Shown: one piece after another, positions 50,583 to 60,872 of the stretch | Layout: the number at the start of each line of letters is the position of its first letter | Position numbering within the stretch: the stretch's first letter is position 1 | Assembly (NCBI GenBank): GCA_963769935.1 | Contig: CAVYNY010000022.1 | Coordinates: 416,001 to 480,000 of the forward strand | Origin: an uncultured delta proteobacterium | GTDB taxonomy: Bacteria > Desulfobacterota > Desulfobacteria > Desulfobacterales > JAFDCJ01 | Direction: 5' to 3' | DNA: 64,000 nt | Translations under genes and position numbers: made by a program | The notes under the pieces: model-generated | What the model was told of the DNA's origin: nothing | Databases searched by the model: none | The model's input: the letters and a program-made list of their open reading frames with translations, nothing else

Positions 50583-52796
50583 ATGAAAATAGACCGACGA
50601 TGTTTTTTGTCATTTGCGATTGGAGGGGCTGCCGGCACAGCGCTCTCCCCGCTACCCTGGAAGTTGATCGACGATCTTGCCATTTGGTCGCAGAATTGGC
50701 CCTGGACGCCTGTTCCGGAAAAAGGTGAAACCACTTATGCCAAATCCACCTGCACCCTTTGTCCGGGAGGCTGCGGCATCGATGTGAGACGGGTTGATAA
50801 CCGGGTCGTTAAAATAGAGGGCCTGGCAGGACACCCCGTCAATGACGGCGGTGTCTGTCTGCTGGGACAGTCGGGAACTCAACTGCTGTACGGTTCCAAT
50901 CGGGTTCAGACACCTAAAAAGAAGGTGAACGGAAGCTGGCGCAACATATCCTGGGAGGATGCCATTGCGGAAATTGTCGCCAAACTGTCGGACTTGCGGA
51001 CCGCCGGTTTGTCGCACACAGTCGCCTGTATCTCCGATTACGACCGGGGGACCGTTCCCGAGTTATGGAGCAGATTTTTAACGGTCTACGGTTCGCCGAA
51101 TTTCATTCGCACCCCTTCGATCCAGGACAATTATGAACTGGCGCTGTATCTAACCCAGGGTGTGCGGGCCGTACCCGGGTTTGATGTACAAAACTGCGAC
51201 TATATCCTAAGCTTCGGCAGCGGTTTAATCGAGGGATGGCAATCTCCGGTTTATATGTTCCATGGCAAAAGCGCCTTGGTCCGCAACGGCGGACAAATGG
51301 ATCAAATCGAGCCCCGACTATCAAAAACCGCCGCCAAATCCGATAAATGGATTCCCGTCAATCCGGGCACAGAAGGCGCCCTGGCCCTGGGTATTGCCCA
51401 TGTGATGATCAGCGGGGGACTTTACAATCAGGATTTTGTGACCCAGTACGCGGCCGGATTTGCCGAGTTCAAAAAGCGCATTTTAGAGGGGTTTTCCCCG
51501 AGCGTGGTTTCAAAAATGACCGGCGTCAATGAGGATTCGATTACGGCCCTGGCCGGGGATTTCACCCGGGCTCACAAACCGTTGGCAATTTGCGGCCGGG
51601 GAGCGGGAAGAACCCCCGGCAGCCTGCAGGATTTTATGGCGGTTCACATGCTCAACGCGCTGGCCGGAAATCTTAACAGACCTGGCGGCCTGGTGGCGGT
51701 CTCCGAACCCGATTATATCGATTGGCCTGACGTCGAAATGGACGCAATCGCCTCCAAGGGCGTGCAGCAGCCCCGCATCGACGGCGCCGGCAGCGCTAAA
51801 TACCCCCATGCCCGGTATTTGTTGGATCGCCTGCCGGAAGTCATCAATGAAAGCCAGGAATCTCCCATGCAGGTACTTTTCGTCAGCAGTGCCAACCCGG
51901 TGTACAGCATGACGGATACTGCGGCGGTGAACAAAGCATTGGATAAAATTCCGCTGGTCGTCAGTTTTTCCTCGTATATGGATGAAACTGCCGCCCGCGC
52001 CAATCTCATACTGCCCAGTCACATTTACCTGGAACGGTATGAAGACGTGCCCTTTGCCCGGGGCTTCCCACAACCGATCATCAGCCTTAGCCAGCCGGTT
52101 GTCGCACCGCTTTACGACACCCGCAATGTCGGCGATGTGATTATCCAAATGGCCCAAAATATGGGCAATCCGATGGCGGCGGCATTTCCTTGGGATGATT
52201 ACCGGATCTGTCTTGAGGAAACTCTGGGAGATAAATGGGATACCCTGACTGAAGAGGGATTCTGGGTGGAAGCCGGGTTTTCAGTCGCAAACTGGTCACA
52301 GGCATTTGAAACCGATTCAGCAAAATTTGAATTCAGCAACGATGACATCAAGGCGTTGCCGGCTTATCAGCCGGTGCCGGCCCCCGGCGACGATTCATTT
52401 TATCCGCTGCTGCTTATCCCCTTTGACACCATGCGGCTTACCAGCGGCTATATCGGTTCACCGCCGTTCATGGTGAAAGCGCTGGAAGATACCGTACTCA
52501 AAGGCAATGACGTTCTGGTTGAAATCAATCCGGCAACCGCCAAAAAACTGGGGCTGTCGAATGGCAAATATGCCACACTGACCACCCCCGTCGGCAGCGC
52601 CAGAGTGAAAGTATATCTTTTTGACGGAATCATGCCGGGTGTGATCGCGATTCCCCGGGGATTGGGACACACGGCCTATGACAAGTTCCTGAGCGGTAAA
52701 GGCGTCAATTACAATGCCTTGAGCGCAGTGGTGGAAGATCCGGCGACCGGCTTCGATGCGGCTTGGGGAATTCGGGCCAAACTCAGCCGAGCCTGA
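50583..52796 (+). CDS. qrcB: Quinone reductase complex molybdopterin-oxidoreductase-like subunit
   Basis: Tat motif DRRCFL, SPLPWKLIDDLAIWSQNW, CTLCPGGC...C cluster motif, and operon context. Confidence 0.9.
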   Translation: MKIDRRCFLSFAIGGAAGTALSPLPWKLIDDLAIWSQNWPWTPVPEKGETTYAKSTCTLCPGGCGIDVRRVDNRVVKIEGLAGHPVNDGGVCLLGQSGTQLLYGSNRVQTPKKKVNGSWRNISWEDAIAEIVAKLSDLRTAGLSHTVACISDYDRGTVPELWSRFLTVYGSPNFIRTPSIQDNYELALYLTQGVRAVPGFDVQNCDYILSFGSGLIEGWQSPVYMFHGKSALVRNGGQMDQIEPRLSKTAAKSDKWIPVNPGTEGALALGIAHVMISGGLYNQDFVTQYAAGFAEFKKRILEGFSPSVVSKMTGVNEDSITALAGDFTRAHKPLAICGRGAGRTPGSLQDFMAVHMLNALAGNLNRPGGLVAVSEPDYIDWPDVEMDAIASKGVQQPRIDGAGSAKYPHARYLLDRLPEVINESQESPMQVLFVSSANPVYSMTDTAAVNKALDKIPLVVSFSSYMDETAARANLILPSHIYLERYEDVPFARGFPQPIISLSQPVVAPLYDTRNVGDVIIQMAQNMGNPMAAAFPWDDYRICLEETLGDKWDTLTEEGFWVEAGFSVANWSQAFETDSAKFEFSNDDIKALPAYQPVPAPGDDSFYPLLLIPFDTMRLTSGYIGSPPFMVKALEDTVLKGNDVLVEINPATAKKLGLSNGKYATLTTPVGSARVKVYLFDGIMPGVIAIPRGLGHTAYDKFLSGKGVNYNALSAVVEDPATGFDAAWGIRAKLSRA

Positions 52797-52850
52797 TTGG
52801 ATTGGATATTGAATATTGAAGATTGAATATTGGCGGAATTCTATTGTTTT
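52795..52850. repeat. Family F arm + core, inside the qrc operon
   Basis: gattggattggatattgaatattgaagattgaatattggcggaattctattg. Confidence 0.72.
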
Positions 52851-52882
52851 TATTAAAAAATAGTCATTTCCAAGGGGTTCTG

Positions 52883-53689
52883 ATGAAAGAGGAAAAAGGC
52901 AAAAAGTTCGGAATGGTCATCGATCTGGACAAGTGTACCGGCTGCGGTACGTGCATGGTCGCCTGCATGGCGGAAAACAATGTGCCGTTTCGGGAAGACG
53001 ATACGGATAAACTGCTTAGCATCGCGTGGATGCGGGTTTATCGGCTAACCAACGGCAAACCGTTTCCGGATACCGAAGAATGTTTTCTGCCCCGGCCCTG
53101 CCAGCATTGTGAAGGCCACCACGGCCATTCTCCGTGCGTGTCGGTCTGCCCGGCTACCGCCACCGACTACGATATGAGCACCGGGATCGTCAGCCAGATT
53201 TACACCCGCTGTTTCGGCTGCCGCTATTGCATGGCGGCCTGTCCGTTTCATGTCCGTCAATTCAACTGGTGGGATCCGGTGTGGCCGGATGGTATGGAAA
53301 AATCCCTGAACCCCAATGTCTCGGTGCGCATGCGCGGAATTGTCGAGAAGTGCAGCTTTTGCAACCATCGTTACCAACTGGCCAAAGACCAGGCCTATAT
53401 CGATGGGCGGCGTGAAGTGGAAGAAAATGAATATCAGACCGCCTGCACCCAGGCCTGCCCGGCCGGGGCCATTATCTTCGGTGATTTGAATAATCCGAAG
53501 CATGCCGTGCATCAGATTGCCCGCCCCGACAATGAACACGGCGGCAAGCCACAGAATCCCAAGGCCTTCCGCCTGCTGGAAAGATTGGGCGTCAATACCA
53601 AAGTCTACTATCTCTCCAGCCGCGAGTGGGTCCGGCGGGCCGGGGACAACTACGTGAAAAAGGAAGCCGAAGGCAAAACACATTCATAA
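52883..53689 (+). CDS. qrcC: Quinone reductase complex Fe-S subunit
   Basis: DLDKCTGCGTCMVAC, PCQHC, PCVSVCP, CFGCRYCMAACP, EKCSFC, ACTQACP. Confidence 0.92.
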   Translation: MKEEKGKKFGMVIDLDKCTGCGTCMVACMAENNVPFREDDTDKLLSIAWMRVYRLTNGKPFPDTEECFLPRPCQHCEGHHGHSPCVSVCPATATDYDMSTGIVSQIYTRCFGCRYCMAACPFHVRQFNWWDPVWPDGMEKSLNPNVSVRMRGIVEKCSFCNHRYQLAKDQAYIDGRREVEENEYQTACTQACPAGAIIFGDLNNPKHAVHQIARPDNEHGGKPQNPKAFRLLERLGVNTKVYYLSSREWVRRAGDNYVKKEAEGKTHS

Positions 53690-53710
53690 CGATATAGGAG
53701 TATTGAACTT

Positions 53711-55051
53711 ATGGATTCTGCATTAATTCCCAGAGGCGTTAAACGCTGTCCGGCCTGGCAATTCTACCTGGGGATCGGACCCGTCACAGTCGTCCTTCTG
53801 TGGGGCGTTTTGGCCATGTTGCTGGTTTATTTCAAGGGCCTCAATCAAACCAACATGAACAACGCTTATGGGTTCGCCTTGTGGATCTGGGCTGATCTGG
53901 CGATTATCGCCCTGGGAGGCGGCGCTTTTTTCACCGGGTTATTGCGATACATCATCGGCAAGGATCAACTGAAAAACATCGTCAATTTTGCCGTTCTGGT
54001 CGGATTTTACTGCTACGTATCGGCGCTGATGATCCTGGGTTTTGATGTCGGTCAACCCCTGCGGGGCTGGTATATTTTCTGGCATGCCAATGTTCACTCC
54101 ATGCTCACCGAGGTGGCCTTCTGTCTGACCTGCTACCTAGGGGTGCTTACCATCGAGTATGTACCGCTGATCCTTGAAAATCGGCAAATCAACAGAGTGC
54201 CCTTTTTTCACAACCTGGGCCACAACATGCACGAGATTATGGCCGTCTTTGCCGCCACCGGCGCCTTTCTTTCCTTCTTCCATCAGGGATCCCTGGGCGG
54301 CGTACCCGGCGTGTTATTTGCCCGCCCCTTTGGGTACCGGACAGGAATTTTCGTGTGGCCGTGGACTTTCTTCTTATTCACCTGGTCGGCGGCCGCCTGT
54401 GGTCCCTGTTTCACGATTTTGATTACCAAGATCACCGAAACCATAACCCGCAAAAAGCTGGTTAAGGACAACGTCATCGAATTGCTGGCCAAGATTTCCG
54501 GCTGGATGATCGCCACTTATATCGTCGCCAAAATTATCGACACTATTTATTGGGCTACCGTAACAGCGCCCTCCAAGGGCTTTACGTTTTTGGACTTTTA
54601 CACGAACAATCCCGGGTCGGCTTATGGATTATGGATCCTGATCGCCGAATTTGCCTGTTTTATCATTCCGGCTGCCTTTCTGATTACGGATCGGGGCCGC
54701 AAAAACCAGGGGACCTTGTGGCTGGCAGTGATCCTGGCCGTCTTGGGTGTCTGTTTGAATCGGTGGGTGATGGTGCTGCAGGTGCTGGCCGCCCCGGTAT
54801 TGACATTTGAAAAATGGGTGCCGTATTTGCCGAGCTGGCAGGAAATAGCGACAACCATTCTGCCCGTGGCGCTGGGGACTATAATGGTATCCCTGTCTTA
54901 TCGCTACCTGCCGATCTTCCCCCAGGAACCGGAATTAAATCCGATCGAACCGCAGGCGGATCTGGATGATATTTCGAGAGCGGAAACCGTCGGGAGCCAG
55001 GCAGAGCAGGCGCAGGCACCGGAAGGGAAGCCGGAACCGGCGCAGGCATAG
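53711..55051 (+). CDS. qrcD: Quinone reductase complex NrfD-family membrane subunit
   Basis: GLNQTNMNNAYGFALWIWADL, DVGQPLRGW, SMLTEVAFC, FHQGSLGG; about 10 TM segments. Confidence 0.92.
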   Translation: MDSALIPRGVKRCPAWQFYLGIGPVTVVLLWGVLAMLLVYFKGLNQTNMNNAYGFALWIWADLAIIALGGGAFFTGLLRYIIGKDQLKNIVNFAVLVGFYCYVSALMILGFDVGQPLRGWYIFWHANVHSMLTEVAFCLTCYLGVLTIEYVPLILENRQINRVPFFHNLGHNMHEIMAVFAATGAFLSFFHQGSLGGVPGVLFARPFGYRTGIFVWPWTFFLFTWSAAACGPCFTILITKITETITRKKLVKDNVIELLAKISGWMIATYIVAKIIDTIYWATVTAPSKGFTFLDFYTNNPGSAYGLWILIAEFACFIIPAAFLITDRGRKNQGTLWLAVILAVLGVCLNRWVMVLQVLAAPVLTFEKWVPYLPSWQEIATTILPVALGTIMVSLSYRYLPIFPQEPELNPIEPQADLDDISRAETVGSQAEQAQAPEGKPEPAQA

Positions 55052-55085
55052 GAATTTGGAACGCTTTTTTTAATGGAGGAAAATA

Positions 55086-55247
55086 ATGTTTCCATTTCAA
55101 TTTGAATGGATTTGGGATGCCGGACATATGTTGTTTATGGGCGGTCTGTGGTACGCGCTGTCGATCCTTGGGCTGGGGCTGACCTACTGCATACTCAAAG
55201 CGGCATACAATACATCTAAAAAAGGTAAAGGCACGCCGCATCATTAG
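55086..55247 (+). CDS. 53-aa single-pass membrane protein directly after qrcD (not in the ORF track)
   Basis: GGAGGA RBS; MFPFQFEWIWDAGHMLFMGGLWYALSILGLGLTYCILKAAYNTSKKGKGTPHH*; located upstream of the operon terminator. Confidence 0.8.
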   Translation: MFPFQFEWIWDAGHMLFMGGLWYALSILGLGLTYCILKAAYNTSKKGKGTPHH

Positions 55248-55269
55248 AATTGCGACATCATCGACTTCG

Positions 55270-55312
55270 AAGAGCGCTTATCCCGGTTCAAAATGGGAAG
55301 AGCGCTTTTTTT
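55270..55312 (+). terminator. Intrinsic terminator of the qrc operon
   Basis: aagagcgcttatccc...gggaagagcgc followed by a T run. Confidence 0.65.
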
Positions 55313-55383
55313 TGACTTTACTTTTCAGACGCGCCTATGGAATAGTGCATTAATGGACCGGTTCTAACAGAATTGAGGTTTAC

Positions 55384-56634
55384 ATGGACAAAATCATTGT
55401 CAGAGGCGGCCGTCCCCTTACAGGTGAGGTTAAAATCAGCGGAGCTAAAAATGCGGCCCTGCCGATATTGTTTTCTTCCCTGTTAACCGAAGGGGTCAAC
55501 ACGTACGCCAATGTGCCCGATCTGAGAGATATTCTCAGTACAAACCTGTTGTTGACAAAACTCGGGGCGGATGTCGAAATCCAGAATAATACGGTTCGAA
55601 TTGATACCGGAGGTTTAATTCATCATGAAGCCCCTTATGACCTGGTACGAAAAATGCGGGCTTCGATTCTGGTCTTGGGGCCGCTATTGGCCCGACTGGG
55701 CAAAGCCAGGGTGTCCCTGCCGGGCGGGTGTGCCATCGGCGCGCGTCCCATAAATTTGCATTTAAAAGGCCTGACCGCCCTCGGCGCCTCTATCGATCTG
55801 AAACATGGCTATGTAGAAGCCTCCGCCGAACGATTGAAGGGGGCTGATATTTACTTTGATATCGTCACCGTCACCGGGACCGAGAACCTGATGATGGCAG
55901 CTGTGACGGCGAAAGGCACCACTGTGCTGCGCAATGCCGCACGTGAACCTGAAATTGTGGCCCTGGCGGATACATTAACGAAAATGGGAGCCGATATCCA
56001 GGGCGCCGGAACTTCGGTCATCACGATCAACGGGGTATCCGAGCTCAAGCCGGTTGAAACCGCGATTATTCCGGATCGAATCGAAACCGGCACATTTATC
56101 ATGTCCGCCATCCTGACCAAAGGCAATGTTACCCTGCTGGATTGCGAACCGGATCATGTCCGCGCGCTGATCAACAAGCTGCGGCTGGCCGGCGCGGAAA
56201 TTGAGACGGCCGCCAAGACCATCCATGCGACGATCAAGGGCGAGGTCGCCAGCGTTGATATTAAAACCCAGCCCTACCCGGGATTCCCGACGGATATGCA
56301 GGCCCAGTTTATGGTGCTGATGAGTATTGCTGAAGGCACCAGCACGATATCGGAGACAATTTTTGAAAACCGCTTTATCCATGTCAGCGAACTGCAGCGG
56401 ATGGGGGCGGATATCGAGGTGGACGGCAATGTCGCCATTGTCAAAGGGGTCGGACATCTTTCGGGCGCCCAGGTGATGGCTACCGATCTCAGGGCCAGCG
56501 CATCGCTCATTCTGGCCGGCCTGGTGGCGGACGGCACAACGGAAATCAGCCGGGTCTATCATTTGGATCGCGGCTATGAGGGCATCGAGAAAAAGTTTGC
56601 CGGCCTGGGGGCGGATATACAGAGGGTTGAGTAG
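55384..56634 (+). CDS. murA: UDP-N-acetylglucosamine 1-carboxyvinyltransferase
   Basis: [51 protein letters not shown]. Confidence 0.98.
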   Translation: MDKIIVRGGRPLTGEVKISGAKNAALPILFSSLLTEGVNTYANVPDLRDILSTNLLLTKLGADVEIQNNTVRIDTGGLIHHEAPYDLVRKMRASILVLGPLLARLGKARVSLPGGCAIGARPINLHLKGLTALGASIDLKHGYVEASAERLKGADIYFDIVTVTGTENLMMAAVTAKGTTVLRNAAREPEIVALADTLTKMGADIQGAGTSVITINGVSELKPVETAIIPDRIETGTFIMSAILTKGNVTLLDCEPDHVRALINKLRLAGAEIETAAKTIHATIKGEVASVDIKTQPYPGFPTDMQAQFMVLMSIAEGTSTISETIFENRFIHVSELQRMGADIEVDGNVAIVKGVGHLSGAQVMATDLRASASLILAGLVADGTTEISRVYHLDRGYEGIEKKFAGLGADIQRVE

Positions 56635-56747
56635 CTTCCGGGTTAGGCCATGTGGCTTTTTTAACAAACTGTTGCAATTAACGATAGCCTGAAAATGATA
56701 TCAGATTCAATACTATATGCTGGGCGTTCGATATTAAAAGCGCATTA

Positions 56748-56849
56748 GTTTTTTTTCGATTTGGCTGGCCGTCCGACTAAAGCGCTTAAATTTTAGCCGC
56801 CAGCGGCACCCCGCTGACACCTGAAACCTGAAACCCGAAACCTGAAACC
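56748..56849. repeat. Family C copy ending in CTGAAAC 7-bp repeats
   Basis: tttttcgatttggctggccg...gccagcggc...gctgacacctgaaacctgaaacccgaaacctgaaacc. Confidence 0.7.
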
Positions 56850-56928
56850 ATCCATCGGTCCTACGGAGTCTCATAAGCGAGTTTATTGTGTCTTTAACTC
56901 GCAAACCGAGTCGAGGAATCCGACCATC

Positions 56929-59532
56929 ATGACCCCTGCCATTTATTTTCGTCCCGCGATTCCGCTGTTGATTTCCTTAATATGCGGCATCCTGGTCGGT
57001 TCCGAATGGACCGGGTTTGGAATTTGGGTCTGGACGGTTCTTTTCACCAGCGCCGCCTGCAGTTTGCTTCTCATCTACCGCAAGATACCTGCGGCGATTT
57101 TGCCGCTCGTGCTGTTTTTCTCATTGGGCTACCTGGCTATCTCTCCCTGGGTGTCTCCCGTTTTTCCCGGCAATCATATCATTCGCTATGCCGGCGCCGA
57201 GCGATGGGATATTACCGGCCGGCTTGACAGCCGTCCGGAGACGGTGAATCATCGAACCAGATTCATTTTGCGGGCCCACTCGCTCGGCAATGGCCGGCGG
57301 GACCGGCCTGTGATCGGAAAATTGCAGGTCAGTGCAGTGGGAAAGCTGCCGGAGCTTGCCGCCGGAGACACCATTTTATTTAAAAGCCGCATCCGACTGA
57401 TCGCCAACTTTAAAAATCCCGCTGGTTTTGATTACCGCAGATACATGGCCTATAAAGGAATTTGGGCCGGTGCGTACGTGAGCGGCAAAAATCTGGTTGT
57501 TATCGAGAAAAATCAATCTTCAGATCTGTTTCACTTCATAGATAATGTGCGTCGCACTTTTTCCGGTCTGATCGAAAATTCAGGGGTCCCCGAAGCACAG
57601 GCTGTATTAAAAGCGCTTATTATCGGTGATCGATCGCAAATTTCTCCGCCAACCAGGCAACGCTTTAATCGGGCCGGGGTAGGCCACCTGTTGGCGATAT
57701 CGGGGCTTCACGTCGGAATTGTGGCCACGGTGGCATTTTTCTTTTTTCAAGGATTAATGGTCCGGGTAAAGCCGCTGCTGTGGCGGGCCTGGACTCGTAA
57801 AGCCGCGGCCGTCTTCTCACTGCTGCCGGTGATTGCCTACGGGCTTATTGCGGGCTTTTCGCCCTCCACCCAGCGTGCCGTAATCATGATAGCGGTTTTT
57901 TTAATGACTTTTATATTTCAAAGAGAGCAGGATTCCCTGAACACCCTGGCACTGGCTGCTTTGGTGATTCTGGTGGCGGATCCGCCATCGCTTTTTTCAA
58001 TTTCTTTTCAACTTTCTTTTTCAGCTGTTTTTGCCATTATCTATGGATTTTCCTGGCTGCAGAATCGGCCGGCGGTGCAAGGAGAGCGGCTGAAGGATAG
58101 CTGGCCTTTGCGTTTTAGAAGCAAACTGGCCGCATTTTTTTTGGTCTCTTTTTTTGCCGTTTGCGGCAGTCTGCCGCTGGTGGCTTACTATTTCAACCAG
58201 ATCTCCGTGGTCGGCCTCGCCGCCAACATCATTGTCGTTCCGCTGGTCGGATTTCTCACGATTCCCCTGGGACTGGCGGCCCTTTTTGCAATGCCGCTCA
58301 GTGTGCCCGTCGCCTCCTGGTGTATTCGTGCCGGCACCATGATTCTGGCCTTTGCGCTGGACATCGTTAAATTTTTTGCCGATTTGCCCTTTGCGGCGGT
58401 CAAAATTGTCACCCCCGGTTTTTTTGAAATCGGATGCTTTTATATCTTAGGCTGGACCCTGTTAAATTTCTATCACCGGGGGCCGAAGGTGACATCCCCA
58501 CCCCAAACTTCCGGCGCTGCCGCCGGCCCAATCATGCCGGATGATCGTGGTGATTGCCTGCGGGACGACGATTCCGGGTTTAGGTCTTCGCTCGGGCGAT
58601 CCCCCGGTTGGAAAATCAACTGGATTTCGACAAGCCGCCTGGCAAAAATAGCCGGGGTGCTGGTTCTGCTCGTACTCGCGGCTGATATAAGCTACTGGAT
58701 GTATCAGCGATTTTGGCACAAAGACCTGAGAGTAACGGTGATCGATGTCGGCAACGGCCTGGCTTCGCTGCTGGAATTGCCCGGCGGACGGACCATTTTG
58801 ATCGATGGCGGTGGATTTTCAGACAATGCCGCTTTTGATGTGGGTGCGAGAGTTCTGGCCCCCTTATTGTGGCGCAAAAAAATACGGACCGTGGACACTT
58901 TAATTCTTTCGCATCCCGATAGTGATCATCTGAACGGTCTTATATACATTGCCGATAATTTTCATGTCAAAAATATCTGGACCAACGATGAGCCCGTCGA
59001 TACACTGGGTTATGCCCTGCTCATGAACGTTGTTGCCGGCAGAGGAATTTCCCGGCCGCTGTTTGAGGATATGCCCCGCCAATACAGAATCGAAGACGTC
59101 AAGCTGAATTTTTTATACCCGCCGCGTGATTTCCTGCAAAAGAAAAATTCGGAAAAATGGCGCAATTCAAACAACAATTCCCTGGTGGTGAAAGTATCCT
59201 TGGGTGAAACCTCATTTCTTTTTCCCGGTGATATTATGGCCGAGGCGGAAGCCGAAATCGTGCGATTGGCCGGCAATAAATTATCCAGCACAGTCTTGAT
59301 CGCTCCGCATCACGGCAGCACAACTTCGAGCACCAGCCATTTTTTAGATGAAGTTAATCCCGCGGTCATCATTATATCTTCCGGGCGGAACAGTCGATTC
59401 AAATTGCCCAACCCCACGGTTTTAAAGAGATACCAAAAGCTGGGCTGCGCAATCTGGCGTACCGACATCCACGGTGCCATCCGGATGTCTACCGATGGTC
59501 GGCATCTCGAAGTAAGACCATTTGAAAGGTAA
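56929..59532 (+). CDS. comEC: DNA uptake protein ComEC/Rec2
   Basis: NPAGFDY, HLLAISGLHVG, SFQLSF, DVGNG, SHPDSDHLNG, PHHGS, RTDIHGAI. Confidence 0.95.
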   Translation: MTPAIYFRPAIPLLISLICGILVGSEWTGFGIWVWTVLFTSAACSLLLIYRKIPAAILPLVLFFSLGYLAISPWVSPVFPGNHIIRYAGAERWDITGRLDSRPETVNHRTRFILRAHSLGNGRRDRPVIGKLQVSAVGKLPELAAGDTILFKSRIRLIANFKNPAGFDYRRYMAYKGIWAGAYVSGKNLVVIEKNQSSDLFHFIDNVRRTFSGLIENSGVPEAQAVLKALIIGDRSQISPPTRQRFNRAGVGHLLAISGLHVGIVATVAFFFFQGLMVRVKPLLWRAWTRKAAAVFSLLPVIAYGLIAGFSPSTQRAVIMIAVFLMTFIFQREQDSLNTLALAALVILVADPPSLFSISFQLSFSAVFAIIYGFSWLQNRPAVQGERLKDSWPLRFRSKLAAFFLVSFFAVCGSLPLVAYYFNQISVVGLAANIIVVPLVGFLTIPLGLAALFAMPLSVPVASWCIRAGTMILAFALDIVKFFADLPFAAVKIVTPGFFEIGCFYILGWTLLNFYHRGPKVTSPPQTSGAAAGPIMPDDRGDCLRDDDSGFRSSLGRSPGWKINWISTSRLAKIAGVLVLLVLAADISYWMYQRFWHKDLRVTVIDVGNGLASLLELPGGRTILIDGGGFSDNAAFDVGARVLAPLLWRKKIRTVDTLILSHPDSDHLNGLIYIADNFHVKNIWTNDEPVDTLGYALLMNVVAGRGISRPLFEDMPRQYRIEDVKLNFLYPPRDFLQKKNSEKWRNSNNNSLVVKVSLGETSFLFPGDIMAEAEAEIVRLAGNKLSSTVLIAPHHGSTTSSTSHFLDEVNPAVIIISSGRNSRFKLPNPTVLKRYQKLGCAIWRTDIHGAIRMSTDGRHLEVRPFER

Positions 59533-59546
59533 TTAAATCGTTTAAT

Positions 59547-59879
59547 ATGGCGAAGAGATTTGTTATAATTTTGACAGTGGCGCTGGTTCATTTCGGGTTG
59601 AGCATTCTGGTGGTCGCAACCTCCATGTCGGTTGCAACCGCTATCAACCCGGTGCAGCCGGAACCGTCGCCGATCTTTCGAATTCTTGTTATGGCGACCC
59701 GGATTTTGCATTTTCCGATTATATCTCTTTCGCTCTACTCCAGACAGTGGTTTCCGGGAAACTTGGTTTATGTGCCTATTTTCATCAACAGTATCTTATG
59801 GGCCACGGGGATATATTTATTATTTTTGCTGGTCAAAAAAATAATAGAGAAAGATAAAAATGGAAAAGGAAACCGTTGA
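59547..59879 (+). CDS. Hypothetical membrane protein
   Basis: 110 aa with 2-3 hydrophobic segments; overlaps the start of the next ORF. Confidence 0.6.
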   Translation: MAKRFVIILTVALVHFGLSILVVATSMSVATAINPVQPEPSPIFRILVMATRILHFPIISLSLYSRQWFPGNLVYVPIFINSILWATGIYLLFLLVKKIIEKDKNGKGNR

Positions 59880-60609
59880 AATTTTGTCGGATGCCATCAA
59901 GGAATATTACGGCGATTATGAACTCGAGGAACTATGCTCGCGGTTCGGCCTGAAAATCGAGTTTGAGGGGGTTCATCCCAACCACCGCAAACTCGTCAAT
60001 CAATTGGTCGCCCAGAAATATCGCGATAACTACCACCGATTTCTTAAGACAATACTGCCCAAGCTGTTAAGTCGCTGTGAAGAGCGGATACTTAACACTA
60101 CCTGGGAGGTCAACGTCTTTGATGAACATATGCGGCCTCAGCTGGAAAGGCTTCAGAATTTTTTCGAGGGTCAAAACAGGTCCGACCCGATAGAGCAATC
60201 CGCGAATCGCTTTTTTACCGGCCGGGCGCGGCTGGCTGAATTTCTAAGGCGCACCAAAACAGCCCTTTCGATCGTGGACACGCGAGTCGACAAAACGACG
60301 TTTGATTGTTTCAAGGGGATCCGAACGCCCATTCGATTGCTCATCGGTCAGGGGGAGAAGGAGATCATCGATAGCATCGGCGACAGTTTAGGTGAGTTTC
60401 GTGGCCAGGGGCATGAGATTGAAATCCGGCGGCACCTGAAGCTTAATGATCGATTTATTATTTTTAACGGCCGGTGTTGGATGGCCAGCTGTTCGCTGGC
60501 GGATGTGGATCAGGTCACTTTGAGTATTATTGAGTGTGTGGACACCAAGCCCGTTGTCGTTAAAGAGATCGGACGCAAATGGCGTGAAAGCAAGGTGTTT
60601 TTGGGTTAA
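59860..60609 (+). CDS. Hypothetical protein with a degenerate PLD-like C-terminal domain
   Basis: LSIVDT...IRLLI...IEIRRHLKLNDRFIIF...SCSLAD resembles the HDRFII...GxSLKD PLD-like pattern. Confidence 0.65.
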   Translation: MEKETVEILSDAIKEYYGDYELEELCSRFGLKIEFEGVHPNHRKLVNQLVAQKYRDNYHRFLKTILPKLLSRCEERILNTTWEVNVFDEHMRPQLERLQNFFEGQNRSDPIEQSANRFFTGRARLAEFLRRTKTALSIVDTRVDKTTFDCFKGIRTPIRLLIGQGEKEIIDSIGDSLGEFRGQGHEIEIRRHLKLNDRFIIFNGRCWMASCSLADVDQVTLSIIECVDTKPVVVKEIGRKWRESKVFLG

Positions 60610-60617
60610 TAGTCGAA

Positions 60618-60808
60618 AATGCCTAAAATTACAAAATGCCTAAAGTGCCTAAAATTATGGTGTCGCTGCGCTCCGTCCTTTTTATTTATGCTTGCAGCTT
60701 TAATCAGGGAAAATGAAGAAAATAGCCGATTTTGCATTTCTATTTACTTAAAATCGACAGAATTCCTCAACTTTAGGCATTTTAGGCATTTTGTAATTTT
60801 AGGCATTA
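60618..60808. mobile_element. MITE-like element with ~39-bp terminal inverted repeats made of 9-bp ATGCCTAAA units
   Basis: Left aatgcctaaaattacaaaatgcctaaagtgcctaaaatt versus reverse complement of right aatgcctaaaattacaaaatgcctaaaatgcctaaagtt (2 mismatches). Mobility is inferred, not shown. Confidence 0.7.
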
Positions 60809-60872
60809 CTACGAGTAGATTCCCCTCTAAATTTAGGATATCCACAAAACGCCCTGCGCCTTATTTAAATAC

